From Myxococcota bacterium (GTDB lineage Bacteria; Myxococcota_A; UBA9160; JAFDDA01): 64,000 nucleotides of DNA. Where the stretch lies: NCBI GenBank assembly GCA_965228475.1, contig OZ245817.1:3412209-3476208 (forward strand). Reading direction: 5' to 3'. Below are positions 25,217 through 34,689 of the stretch, in pieces; the stretch's first letter is position 1, and the number at the start of each line of letters is the position of its first letter. The notes beneath the pieces were generated by a model. It worked only from the letters and a program-made list of their open reading frames with translations. It was not told the DNA's origin and made no database searches. A program made the position numbers and the translations under genes.

Positions 25217-27399
25217 CGCGCGTTCCGCGCGAGCCATTCGGCGCGCGCGACGAGCGCGGCCAGGGCGCCGACGGCGCGGTGGGCGCTCGGGTAGCAGACG
25301 CGGCCGGCCTCGCGGACGCCGGCGGGGCCGGCGTTCTCGTAACCGCGGCTCGTGTGCACGAGTTCGGTCGTCGTGAGCACGGGTTTGCCGTGGCGCTCGG
25401 ACGCCTCCTTCGCGACCTGGGCGTAGCGCCGGTCCTGCCCCTCGTGGAACTGGCTGATGCGCTCGAGGCCGTGGTCCGGGAAGAACTCCCCCGAGCGGAA
25501 GACGTTCGCCTGGCCGGCCTGGATGCCGATGCCGAGGTGCAGCACGGCGTCGACCTCCGGGTGTCCGCACACGAGGTCGAGCACCTGCTCGACGGTGTCA
25601 CGCGTCTCGCCGCCGGCGAGGTCGATCGGGTTGTTGCGGCTCCAGCGCGGTGGGACGAGCTTGCCGATGGATTCGCGCAGGTCGTCGGGCAGCGCGATGA
25701 CGTCGAGGCCGGCCTCGGAGCAGGCGTCCGCCGCGAGCACGCCCCAGCCGCCGACGGTCGTGAAGGTCACGGTGCGGCGGCCCGGCGGGAGCGGCTGGGT
25801 CGAGAACGTCGCGGCCCACTCGAAGGCCTCTTCGACGGTCGGGGCCCGCAGGGCGCCGACCTGCCGGGCGATGCCGTCGAAGACGCGATCGTCGCTCGCG
25901 AGCGCCCCGGTGTGGCTGGCCGCCGCCCGCTGGCCCGCGTCGCCGACACCGCCCTTCACGAGCACGAGGGGCTTCTTGGCCGTCAACCGGCGCATGGCCT
26001 CGATGAGCCGGCGTCCGTCCCCGACGCCTTCCAGGTAGGTCACGACGGCGTCGGTCTCGTCGTCCGCGGCGAAGTAGGCGAGCACCTCGGCAAGGTCGGT
26101 CTGGGCGGAGTTTCCGCACGAGACGGCCTTCGAGACACCGACGCCCGTCTGCACCGCGTAGTTCAGGAAGGCCGAGACGAGATTCCCGCTCTGGCTCACC
26201 ACGGAGATGCGCCCGGGCGGCGGATACGGCGCCACGATCTGGGCGCACATGCTCTTGCCCGTCGAGATCACGCCCTGGCCGTTCGGCCCGATCATCAGGA
26301 GCCCGAGTTCGTCGCACAGGGCCACGAGCTCGCGCTGGCGCGCGATGCCCTCCTCGCCCGCCTCGCCGTAGCCCGCGCTGCACATGAACGCCGCGCGCAC
26401 GCCGCGCGCCGCGCACTCCCGGAGCAGGCCCTCGTTGATCTTCGCCGGCGTGCAGACGAACACGAGATCCGCCGCGCCTTCCGGAACGTCCGCGATCTCC
26501 TTGAAGGTCGGGCGGCCGAGGATCTCCTCGCCGTCGCGCTGGATCGGAAAGAGCTCACCTTCGAAGCCGTAGCGGAGGAGGTTGTGGTACGTGACGAAGC
26601 CGAACTTGCCCGGGTGCGCGGAGACGCCCGTCACGATGATGCCGCGCGGCGAGAAGAGCGGTGCGAAGCGCTCGCGGAGGGTCGCCTCGTCGGGGAGCGG
26701 GCGCACCGCGGGCTCGGGCGCTCCCTCGGCCAGCTCGACCAGGGCATCGACGGCGACCGGCCGGTCGCCCACCACGATCAACGGGTTCAGGTCGACGCTC
26801 GCGACGTCGGCCCGCTCCTCGGCGAGCCGCGAGAGCCCGAGCAGGACCTCGGCGAGCGCGCCGCGGTCGATGGCCGGCTCGCCGCGGAAGGGCTTCGTCA
26901 CGAGGTGATGCGCCGAGAGGCCCTCGACCATCGCCTCCGCCTCTTCGCGGGCGAGCGGGGCCCGGGCGAAGACGGCGTCGGCGAGCGCTTCGGTGAGGAT
27001 GCCGCCCAGGCCGAGCACCACGCAGGGCCCGAACTGCGGGTCGCGCACGAGGCCCGCGATGAGCTCCCGCCGCCCGGCGACCTGCTCGGCCACGAGCAGG
27101 CCGACCTCGCCGTCCTCGGGGCGGGCCGCGGCCAGGAGCTCCGCGGCCTGGGACTCGACGGCGCCGGCGTCGCCGAGCCCCAGGCGCACGAGGTTGCGTT
27201 CGGTCTTGTGGGCGATGGCGTCGCCGCAGAGCTTCACGACGACGGGGAAGCCGAGCGCCTCGGCGGCCGCACGCGCCGCCACCGGATCCCGAACGAACTC
27301 CTCCCGCGCGCACGGCACGCCGTACTGCGAGAGGAGCTGCTTGGATTCGTGCTCGGAAAGGGTGCGCGAAGCCGAGGAAGGGAACGAGGCGTCGGTCAT
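25213..27399 (-). CDS. Acetate--CoA ligase family protein (ADP-forming acyl-CoA synthetase, fused ATP-grasp and CoA-binding/ligase domains)
   Basis: 728 aa. The N-terminal ATP-grasp region is LSEHESKQLLSQYGVPCARE...GFPVVVKL. It is followed by the CoA-binding region FSPRGIIVTGVSAHPGKFG...IGPNGQGVIS...SQSGN. Confidence 0.85.
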   Translation of the reverse strand: MTDASFPSSASRTLSEHESKQLLSQYGVPCAREEFVRDPVAARAAAEALGFPVVVKLCGDAIAHKTERNLVRLGLGDAGAVESQAAELLAAARPEDGEVGLLVAEQVAGRRELIAGLVRDPQFGPCVVLGLGGILTEALADAVFARAPLAREEAEAMVEGLSAHHLVTKPFRGEPAIDRGALAEVLLGLSRLAEERADVASVDLNPLIVVGDRPVAVDALVELAEGAPEPAVRPLPDEATLRERFAPLFSPRGIIVTGVSAHPGKFGFVTYHNLLRYGFEGELFPIQRDGEEILGRPTFKEIADVPEGAADLVFVCTPAKINEGLLRECAARGVRAAFMCSAGYGEAGEEGIARQRELVALCDELGLLMIGPNGQGVISTGKSMCAQIVAPYPPPGRISVVSQSGNLVSAFLNYAVQTGVGVSKAVSCGNSAQTDLAEVLAYFAADDETDAVVTYLEGVGDGRRLIEAMRRLTAKKPLVLVKGGVGDAGQRAAASHTGALASDDRVFDGIARQVGALRAPTVEEAFEWAATFSTQPLPPGRRTVTFTTVGGWGVLAADACSEAGLDVIALPDDLRESIGKLVPPRWSRNNPIDLAGGETRDTVEQVLDLVCGHPEVDAVLHLGIGIQAGQANVFRSGEFFPDHGLERISQFHEGQDRRYAQVAKEASERHGKPVLTTTELVHTSRGYENAGPAGVREAGRVCYPSAHRAVGALAALVARAEWLARNAR

Positions 27400-27430
27400 T
27401 CCCGCGTCTCTTGGACGCCTTCGGACAAGC

Positions 27431-27628
27431 TCAGTCCCTCGTCTCTTCTTCTTCGTCGCCCACGGGGAAGCCGTAGCCAGCCAGGTCGTCCGCGCTGGCG
27501 ACCTGGTTGCTCTCGCCTGCGCCGTCCTCGCCGAGTTCGGCCTGGCGCTCCTTCTTCAGAGCCGCCTTTTCGGCCTTCTTCAGCTCACGCTGTCGCTTGA
27601 GAACCGAGGACCCACTCTTTCTTCCCAT
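27431..27628 (-). CDS. Small Lys/Glu-rich hypothetical protein (65 aa)
   Basis: ATG 27628 with GGGGAG 6 nt upstream, 11 nt after the thiolase stop. Sequence: MGRKSGSSVLKRQRELKKAEKAALKKERQAELGEDGAGESNQVASADDLAGYGFPVGDEEEETRD. No family recognised. Confidence 0.5.
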   Translation of the reverse strand: MGRKSGSSVLKRQRELKKAEKAALKKERQAELGEDGAGESNQVASADDLAGYGFPVGDEEEETRD

Positions 27629-27639
27629 GGTGTGCTCCC

Positions 27640-28821
27640 CTAGGCGGCCTCGAACAGCGATGCGAAGCCCTGCCCGCCGCCGACGCACATGGTAACGATC
27701 CCGTACCGGCCGCCGCTGCGCTTCAGGTGGCGGAGCAGCGCGCCCGTGAGGCGCGATCCGGTCATCCCGAAGGGGTGGCCGATGGCGATCGAGCCGCCCG
27801 CCGGGTTCAGCTTCTCGTTGTCGATCTCGAGCACGCGCTGGCACTGGAGGAGCTGCGAAGCGAAAGCCTCGTTCAGCTCCACCGCGTCGATGTCGTTCAT
27901 CGAGAGGCCGTGCTGCTTCAGGAGCTTCGGCACCGCGTAGATCGGGCCGATGCCCATCTCTTCCGGCCCACAGCCCGCCACGGCCGAGCCGCGGTAGATG
28001 CCGAGCGGCTCGACGCCGAGCTGGTTCGCCTTCTCGGCGCTCATCAGCAGGGTGGCCGAAGCGCCGTCGGAGAGCTGCGAGGCGTTGCCGGCGGTGATCG
28101 TGCCGTCTTCCTTGAAGACCGGCTTCAGGCTGTTCAGGCCCTCGAGCGTGGTCTGCGGGCGGTTGCACTCGTCCTTCTCGACGACGAACTCTTCCTCGTA
28201 CGGATCCTCGCCCTTCTTCATCACCTTGCGGGTGACGGTCATCGGGGCGATCTCCTCGGCGACCCAGCCCTTCTCGACCGCGGCGGCGTAGCGCTGCTGG
28301 CTCTGGAGGCCGTAGGCGTCCTGGTCTTCGCGCGAAACGTCGTAGCGCTCGGCCACGATCTCCGCGGTGATGCCCATCGGGAAGTAGAGGCCCGGGAAGC
28401 GCTCCTGGGCGGTCTTGTTCGCCAGGCGGTTCGTGTTCTGGGTGCCGTCCTGCATCATCGTGATGGTCTCGCAGCCCGCGCCGATGGCGACGTCCGCGCC
28501 TTCGTAGATGCGGTTGGCGGCCATCATCACGGCCTGGGAGCCCGAAGAGCAGAAGCGGTTCACCGTGACGCCGGCGACGTCCTTCGGGAAGCCCGCGGCC
28601 ATGGCGGCGATGCGCGCCATGTTCATGCCCTGGCAGCCTTCCGGGAAACCCGTGCCGACGATGACGTCGTCGATCTCGGCGGGGTCGAGGTTCTTCTGGC
28701 CCTCGGCGACGGCCTTGAGCACGTGGGCGGTGTAGTCGACCGGCTCGGTGATGTTGAACGAGCCACGGTGAGCCTTGGTGAGGCCCGTGCGCAGACTGTC
28801 GACGATGACGGCTTCCCGCAT
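27640..28821 (-). CDS. Acetyl-CoA C-acyltransferase (thiolase)
   Basis: ATG 28821 with AAGGAG 7 nt upstream. VNRFCSSGSQAV (active-site Cys), NEAFASQ, GGSIAIGHPFGMTG and CVGGGQG are thiolase signatures. Confidence 0.95.
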   Translation of the reverse strand: MREAVIVDSLRTGLTKAHRGSFNITEPVDYTAHVLKAVAEGQKNLDPAEIDDVIVGTGFPEGCQGMNMARIAAMAAGFPKDVAGVTVNRFCSSGSQAVMMAANRIYEGADVAIGAGCETITMMQDGTQNTNRLANKTAQERFPGLYFPMGITAEIVAERYDVSREDQDAYGLQSQQRYAAAVEKGWVAEEIAPMTVTRKVMKKGEDPYEEEFVVEKDECNRPQTTLEGLNSLKPVFKEDGTITAGNASQLSDGASATLLMSAEKANQLGVEPLGIYRGSAVAGCGPEEMGIGPIYAVPKLLKQHGLSMNDIDAVELNEAFASQLLQCQRVLEIDNEKLNPAGGSIAIGHPFGMTGSRLTGALLRHLKRSGGRYGIVTMCVGGGQGFASLFEAA

Positions 28822-28953
28822 GGAGATCTCCTTTGCAGCGATTCGGGGAACCGCTAATGCTACACGGCCGGCCGGCACGCGCAAACCCCCGTTTCCGTGG
28901 GGATTTCGGGGCCGTCGGGGGCGGGCGAGGATTTCGCCGCGAGGGGGGAAGGC

Positions 28954-30408
28954 GTGGAGGGCATCCGCAGTGCCATGGCGTGGCTCGAGGGCGCCTTTGG
29001 CGAATGGGTCGTGGCGCCGCTGTCGGCGGTCATCTTCTTCGACCTCTGGTTCTGGGACGCGCCGGGCAAGGCCGGGGTCGAGCTCCCGGCGGTGGTCGCC
29101 TGGCTGATCGTCGGCGCGACCTTCTTCACCCTGCGCTTCCGCTTCGTGAACCTGCGCGCCTTCGGCCACGCCGTCGCCTGCATCCGCGGCAAGTACGACA
29201 AACCGGGCGACACCGGAGAGATCTCGCACTTCCAGGCGCTCTCGGCAGCGCTCTCCGCCACGGTCGGGCTCGGCAACATCGCCGGGGTGGCGGTGGCGGT
29301 CGGCCTCGGCGGGCCGGGCGCGGTCTTCTGGATGATCCTCGCGGGCTTCCTCGGCATGACCTCGAAGTTCGCCGAGTGCACCCTCGCCCAGCGCTACCGC
29401 ACCGTGCGCGAAGACGGCCGCGTGGCCGGTGGGCCGATGTACTACCTGAAGGCCGGACTCGCCGAGATCGGCATGCCGCGTTTCGGCGCCGTGCTCGCGG
29501 CGATGTTCTCGGTCTTCTGCATCGGCGGGAGCCTCGGCGCTGGCAACATGTTCCAGGCGAACCAGGCCTACGTGCAGGTCTCGAACGTCGTCCCCGGCAT
29601 GGACGGGGAGTTCTCCTCGGCGATCTTCGGCGTCGTGCTCGCCGCCTGCGTCGGCGTGGTGATCGTGGGCGGCATCCGCCGCATCGGGCTGATCGCCGCG
29701 AGCCTCGTGCCGTTGATGTGTTCGGTCTACGTGCTGACCGGCCTGTTCATCCTGCTCGCGAACGCGAGCGAGCTCGCCGACGGCATCGTCACCATCGTCC
29801 ACTCGGCCTTCGCCCCCGACGCCGCCTACGGCGGCTTCGTCGGCGTCCTGATCCAGGGGTTCCGGCGCGCCTGCTTCAGCAACGAGGCGGGCGTCGGATC
29901 GGCGCCGATCGCCCACTCGGCCGCGCGCACCGAAGAGCCCGTGCGCGAGGGGCTCGTCGCCCTCCTCGAACCCTTCGTCGACACGCTCATCGTCTGCACG
30001 ATGACCGGGCTCGTGATCGTCGTGACGGGCGCCCACCTCCAGCCGGGGCTCAGCGGCATCGAGATCACCTCCTGGGCCTTCGAGTCCGTCTTCCCCTGGT
30101 TCAAGTACGTGCTCTCGCTCTCGGCGGTGCTCTTCGCCTTCTCGACCCAGATCTCCTGGAGCTACTACGGCGAGCGCTCCTGGGAGTACCTGTTCGGCGA
30201 CGGATCGACGATCGTCTACAAGGGCGTATTCCTGTTCTTCGTCTGGTTCGGCGCGGTCTCGGAACTCGCGGTGGTGGTCGAGTTCTCGGACCTGCTGCTG
30301 TTCGCCATGGCCTTCCCGAACCTGCTCGGCATCTACCTGCTGGCTAAGAAGATCGACCTCGACCTGACCTCCTACCTGACCCGCCTGCGCGCCGGCGCCT
30401 TCGACTAG
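28954..30408 (+). CDS. Alanine/glycine:cation symporter (AGCS family)
   Basis: ISHFQALSAALSATVGLGNIAGVAVAVGLGGPGAVFWM, MTSKFAECTLAQ.YR and FSNEAGVGSAPIAH are AGCS hallmarks. The chosen start is GTG 28954 (G-rich RBS). ATG 28975 is the alternative. Confidence 0.9.
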   Translation: MEGIRSAMAWLEGAFGEWVVAPLSAVIFFDLWFWDAPGKAGVELPAVVAWLIVGATFFTLRFRFVNLRAFGHAVACIRGKYDKPGDTGEISHFQALSAALSATVGLGNIAGVAVAVGLGGPGAVFWMILAGFLGMTSKFAECTLAQRYRTVREDGRVAGGPMYYLKAGLAEIGMPRFGAVLAAMFSVFCIGGSLGAGNMFQANQAYVQVSNVVPGMDGEFSSAIFGVVLAACVGVVIVGGIRRIGLIAASLVPLMCSVYVLTGLFILLANASELADGIVTIVHSAFAPDAAYGGFVGVLIQGFRRACFSNEAGVGSAPIAHSAARTEEPVREGLVALLEPFVDTLIVCTMTGLVIVVTGAHLQPGLSGIEITSWAFESVFPWFKYVLSLSAVLFAFSTQISWSYYGERSWEYLFGDGSTIVYKGVFLFFVWFGAVSELAVVVEFSDLLLFAMAFPNLLGIYLLAKKIDLDLTSYLTRLRAGAFD

Positions 30409-30471
30409 GCCGCCCTCCCCGCGCGGCTGCCCGGCCAAATCGTCCGATACCCGCCCCGCGGCGGGCCCGGT

Positions 30472-31719
30472 ATGCTCCGCGCCATGGCACGGACCAACCC
30501 GCACTACGCAAAGCTTCAGGCCGGTTACCTCTTCCCCGAGATCGGACGGCGCGTGCGCGCCTTCGCGGAGGCGAACCCCGACGCCGCGATCATCCGGCTC
30601 GGCATCGGCGACGTCACCGAGCCGCTCTCGCCCGTCGTCGTCGAGGCGCTGAAGGCCGCCGCCGACGAGATGGGGACCGCCGAGGGCTTCCACGGCTACG
30701 GCCCCGAGCAGGGCTACGGCTTCCTACTCGATGCGATCGTCGAGCACGACTACCGCTCGCGCGGCGTGGACGTCGATGCCGAGGAAATCTTCGTCTCCGA
30801 CGGGAGCAAGCAGGACAGCGGGAACATCCAGGAGATCTTCGGCGCCGACTGCCGCATCGTGGTGACGGACCCGGTCTACCCGGTCTACGTCGACAGCAAC
30901 GTGATGGCGGGGCGCACGGGCGAGGCGGACGGCGATGGCCAGTACGAGGGCCTCGTCTACGTGCCCTCCACCGAAGCGAACGGCTTCTCCCCGGGCCCCC
31001 CGAGCGAGGCGGCCGACGTCGCCTACCTCTGCTCGCCGAACAACCCGACCGGCGCCGTCATGACGCGCGAGCGCATCGCCGAGTGGGTCGCCTGGGCGCG
31101 CGCGAACGACGCCGTGCTGATCTTCGACGCCGCCTACGACGCCTTCATCCAGGACCCGGCGCTGCCGCGCTCGATCTACGAGGTCGACGGCGCGCGCGAG
31201 TGCGCGATCGAGATGCGCAGCTTCTCGAAGCGCGCCGGATTCACCGGCGTGCGCTGCGCCTACACGGTGATCCCGAAGGAGCTCACGGGCGAAGGGCCGG
31301 ACGGCGCGCGGATCCCCCTGCGCGATCTCTGGAACCGGCGGCATAGCACCAAGTTCAACAGCGTCCCCTACGTGATCCAGAAGGCCGCGGCGGCCGTCTT
31401 CACGCCGGAAGGCCTGAAGCAGACCGGCGAACAGGTCGCCTTCTACATGGAGAACGCCCGGCGCCTGCGCGAGGGCCTCGGCGGCGCCGGCTTCACCGTC
31501 TTCGGCGGCGAGCACGCCCCCTACATCTGGCTGCGCACGCCGGGGGGTGCGGGCTCCTGGGACTTCTTCGACCGGCTGCTCGCCGAGACCCACGTCGTCG
31601 GCACGCCCGGCGCCGGCTTCGGCTCCTCGGGCGAGGGCTACTTCCGCCTCTCGGCCTTCAACTCGCGGGAGAACGTCGACGAAGCCATCGCGCGGGTGAC
31701 GAAGGCCTTCGGGAGCTAG
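30472..31719 (+). CDS. dapL: LL-diaminopimelate aminotransferase
   Basis: [54 protein letters not shown] and the [16 protein letters not shown]-lysine motif match DapL. Confidence 0.85.
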   Translation: MLRAMARTNPHYAKLQAGYLFPEIGRRVRAFAEANPDAAIIRLGIGDVTEPLSPVVVEALKAAADEMGTAEGFHGYGPEQGYGFLLDAIVEHDYRSRGVDVDAEEIFVSDGSKQDSGNIQEIFGADCRIVVTDPVYPVYVDSNVMAGRTGEADGDGQYEGLVYVPSTEANGFSPGPPSEAADVAYLCSPNNPTGAVMTRERIAEWVAWARANDAVLIFDAAYDAFIQDPALPRSIYEVDGARECAIEMRSFSKRAGFTGVRCAYTVIPKELTGEGPDGARIPLRDLWNRRHSTKFNSVPYVIQKAAAAVFTPEGLKQTGEQVAFYMENARRLREGLGGAGFTVFGGEHAPYIWLRTPGGAGSWDFFDRLLAETHVVGTPGAGFGSSGEGYFRLSAFNSRENVDEAIARVTKAFGS

Positions 31720-31754
31720 CCGAAAGACTCCGCCCCTCGCGGATCCGATCGAAT

Positions 31755-32627
31755 ATGCTGGCCCCGGCGGATCGCCGCCGGGAGGCCAGCATGGGTGTAT
31801 CGACGGAGCGATGGCAGGCGGATGCGGCGAGCGCTGCGCCGCCGGCGGCCGCGGGCGCCACGCCGCGCTCGCTCTCTCCCACCGCGCGCCGCGCCTTCAC
31901 GATCTGGACGGTCGTCTGGTGGAGCGGCGTCGTCCTCGCCGGCGGCCTCTTCTACGGCGGCGCGCTCGATTTCACGACGAGCGCCAAGGCCTCCCTCTAC
32001 GGCGTCAGCATCTGGCTGAACGGCTGGCTGCTCGCCTACTGGGCCCGCAGCCGGGAGGCGCGCTCCGACCTCGACCTCCTCCACGACTGCCTCGTGCTCT
32101 GGATGGTCTCCTACGCGATCACGAACCTGGCCTGGGAGATCCCCTGGGTGATCCTCTCGCCCTTCGTCTTCGACGGCCTGCACACGCTCGACGACCTCGT
32201 CGCCCAGACGGGCTACATGCGCTCGAGCCTGCCGAACATGTACTTCTGGGTGCTCTCGGCCTTCGGTTCGGTCGACCTCCGGACCGTCAACCACGACCCG
32301 ACGTTCTACTGCGTCGAGCTCTTCGCCTTCTTGAACCTGGCCACGACGGCCGCGTTCTTCCACCTGCACCGGAAGCGCTCGCCGTACCGGTACCTGATCC
32401 CGCTGATCGGCTGCGGCGAGCCGATCGCCGCGACCTTCATCTTCTCGTTCTCCGAGGTCTTCGGAGGCTTCGCGAACATGCCGGGCGGCATGGCGGACAC
32501 GCTCCTGGCCCTGGTCTGGACCCAGTACCAGTACCTGGTGTTCCCGCTGATCCTCGGCGGCTTCGCCTTCCGGCTGCTGCGCGAGGACCTGCGCCGTGAG
32601 GCGGTGGAGAAGGCCGCGCGCGCCTAG
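31755..32627 (+). CDS. Multi-pass membrane protein, possibly EXPERA/EBP-like
   Basis: 290-aa ORF with at least five hydrophobic segments. The start is uncertain; MGVSTERW at 31791 is also possible. See findings for the EBP-like stretch. Tail-to-tail CTAG overlap with the peroxiredoxin gene. Confidence 0.6.
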   Translation: MLAPADRRREASMGVSTERWQADAASAAPPAAAGATPRSLSPTARRAFTIWTVVWWSGVVLAGGLFYGGALDFTTSAKASLYGVSIWLNGWLLAYWARSREARSDLDLLHDCLVLWMVSYAITNLAWEIPWVILSPFVFDGLHTLDDLVAQTGYMRSSLPNMYFWVLSAFGSVDLRTVNHDPTFYCVELFAFLNLATTAAFFHLHRKRSPYRYLIPLIGCGEPIAATFIFSFSEVFGGFANMPGGMADTLLALVWTQYQYLVFPLILGGFAFRLLREDLRREAVEKAARA

Positions 32628-33097
32628 AGGGCGGCGAGGATCGAGTCCGCGTCGGAGACCTCGAACTTCATCGGCGCCTCCACGGCGACGTGCTTCACCA
32701 CGCCGTCCTCGGCCACGAGGGCGAAGCGCTGGCCGCGCAGGCCGAAGCCGATGCCCGTGCCGTCCATCTCGAGACCGAGGGCCTTCACGAGATCCCCGTT
32801 GCCGTCGGCGATCAGCTCGACGGCGTCGCCGGCGCCGCGGTCCTTGCCCCAGGCGTCCATCACGAAGGCATCGTTGACGGCGGTGCAGACGATCGAATCC
32901 ACACCCTTGGCCTTGATCTCGGCCGCCTTCTCGATGAAGCCCGGCAGGTGCTTCGCCGAGCACGTGGGCGTGAAGGCGCCGGGCACCGAGAAGAGCACGA
33001 CCTTCTTCCCGCCGAAGAGTTCGTCCGTCGTCACGTCGGACATGTCCGTCCGCTTGAGCTTCACGCTGGGAATCTTTTCACCGACCTGGATGGGCAT
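32624..33097 (-). CDS. Peroxiredoxin (Prx5-like, atypical 2-Cys)
   Basis: ATG 33097 with AAGGAG 6 nt upstream. KKVVLFSVPGAFTPTCSAKHLPGF contains the PGAFTPTC peroxidatic motif. Confidence 0.9.
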   Translation of the reverse strand: MPIQVGEKIPSVKLKRTDMSDVTTDELFGGKKVVLFSVPGAFTPTCSAKHLPGFIEKAAEIKAKGVDSIVCTAVNDAFVMDAWGKDRGAGDAVELIADGNGDLVKALGLEMDGTGIGFGLRGQRFALVAEDGVVKHVAVEAPMKFEVSDADSILAAL

Positions 33098-33129
33098 CGC
33101 TGGCTCCTTGTGGTTGCGGGAACGCTGGA

Positions 33130-33843
33130 TCATACCAGGGCAGGCCGTTCATCCCAGGTCTCCCCATCCAACGTTCGGCCGGTCCGCTTCTTTTGCACAC
33201 CGCCCCACTGTTTAAAGAAGAACGGTACGCCGCGTGCAACACACCGGTCGCGAATACTGCGGACCCACTCCGCCTCGATGGGCCTCGCACCAGGCCCCGA
33301 TTCGCCGCCAACGATCACCCAGCCAATACCCGCAAGCGGCAACCGACGGATCGGACCCAGGAGCGGCTCAACGGAGAGGAAGCGGAGCCTAGCGGGCACC
33401 TGTTGCAGGTCGCGAACCCGCTCGACGTAGTCCTTGTTTTCGACGCTCACCCCCATCCAGAGATTGCGAGGCCAATCGAGCTCGGGAGCGATCTCGCGCA
33501 GGCGCTCGGAGCGTTTCGTCAGCACCTGGAACACGTGCTGATCCGCCCGCTTGATCGTGTCGAACACGGCGCGGATATAGTCGGTTGGCACGTCGGCATG
33601 GAAGAGGTCGCTCATCGAGTTGACGAAGATCACTCGCGGCGTCGCCCACCGAAGCGGCAGCTCCAGCAGATCGGGCTGGAGCGTCGGGCGGAAGCCGTTG
33701 CGGTAGCGGTGCTGCCCCATGGCATGCAGTCGCCCAGCCATGCGTTCCGCGTAGCAGAACTTGCACCCGGGGCTGATCTTCGTGCAGCCCGTGACCGGGT
33801 TCCACGTCGCGTCGGTCCACTCGATCGGGGAGAGCTGGGCCAT
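33130..33843 (-). CDS. Three-Cys-motif Gp37/Gp68 family protein (DUF5131, Pfam PF07505)
   Basis: 237 aa. [30 protein letters not shown] carries a Cx6Cx2C motif. [14 protein letters not shown] and [10 protein letters not shown]...[11 protein letters not shown]-type blocks also fit the family as I remember it. AGGAGG overlaps the tcmP stop 10 nt upstream. Confidence 0.85.
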   Translation of the reverse strand: MAQLSPIEWTDATWNPVTGCTKISPGCKFCYAERMAGRLHAMGQHRYRNGFRPTLQPDLLELPLRWATPRVIFVNSMSDLFHADVPTDYIRAVFDTIKRADQHVFQVLTKRSERLREIAPELDWPRNLWMGVSVENKDYVERVRDLQQVPARLRFLSVEPLLGPIRRLPLAGIGWVIVGGESGPGARPIEAEWVRSIRDRCVARGVPFFFKQWGGVQKKRTGRTLDGETWDERPALV

Positions 33844-33853
33844 GCCGCGCCTC

Positions 33854-34687
33854 CTAGAAAGGGAGATTCATCTGGGGATTGCTGGACTTGCGGGCTTCGC
33901 GCCAGAATTTCTTGCCCAGCTCGTGCTGGCTGAAGAACCCAAGATGGTAGATGGGTCGACCTCCGTCCTTGGAGCTGATGGCAACCGTTTCGTCTGGCCC
34001 ACCGTAGAGAAAGCCACGCTCGCGCATCGAACGGCCGAACTGATCGACGATGAAGTGGCCAAAATCTCCGGTCGTCTCGGCGCGCAGATCCTTCCACAAC
34101 GGATTTCCGAGAAAGTCTGCAACGACATTGTTCCCAGGTTCCGAATAGACGCCCTCGTTGCGATGAGCGTCCATGTAGGACGAGATGAGGACCAGAAAAT
34201 CCATGCGTCCTCGCATCAGCTGCTCGACAGTCTCGAAGCGCAGATTCTTGAGGTTGAATGGATCCAGGACACAGAAGGACAGGACCCCGCGGCCACCGAC
34301 GCGAGGCGGGAGTTCGGCCACAACCTGCGCAGCAAGGTCGTTTGAGTCGCCCTCCAGGATCCGTACGTCCCGGCCCGGATAGTCACGCTCTACGCGATCC
34401 CGTAACGCAGCCACACAAGTAGAATCAATGTCACAGAAGATGTAGCGATCGAAGGGATCGCGAACGGCCAAGGCCAAGAGCGTCGACGTCGATACGATCC
34501 GCTCCGTTTCTCGGATACGTGCACGGCCGGCGCCCGCGAACAGGTCAATGTAGACCCGCGACCACTTCTTCTTCATCGAGGTCGCGAACATCTGAGCGTA
34601 GTTCGAGATCAGGCGGTACTTCTGCTCGGACCACGGCCCGACCGCGGGCGTATGCAACCCATCGTCGGCGAGGCTGGGGCTCGGCAC
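33854..34687 (-). CDS. tcmP: Three-Cys-motif partner protein TcmP (TIGR04474-like), methyltransferase-like fold
   Basis: GTG 34687 with GAGGAGG 8 nt upstream. [20 protein letters not shown]...[13 protein letters not shown], then FCVLDPFN. The position directly upstream of a Gp37/Gp68 gene is the defining context of TcmP as I remember the TIGRFAMs entry. Confidence 0.7.
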   Translation of the reverse strand: MPSPSLADDGLHTPAVGPWSEQKYRLISNYAQMFATSMKKKWSRVYIDLFAGAGRARIRETERIVSTSTLLALAVRDPFDRYIFCDIDSTCVAALRDRVERDYPGRDVRILEGDSNDLAAQVVAELPPRVGGRGVLSFCVLDPFNLKNLRFETVEQLMRGRMDFLVLISSYMDAHRNEGVYSEPGNNVVADFLGNPLWKDLRAETTGDFGHFIVDQFGRSMRERGFLYGGPDETVAISSKDGGRPIYHLGFFSQHELGKKFWREARKSSNPQMNLPF

Positions 34688-34689
34688 TG

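Noticed and set aside
28822-28953. Looked for a glycine riboswitch upstream of the alanine/glycine symporter
   Set aside because: The conserved glycine-aptamer core sequences I remember are not present in the 130-nt divergent spacer.
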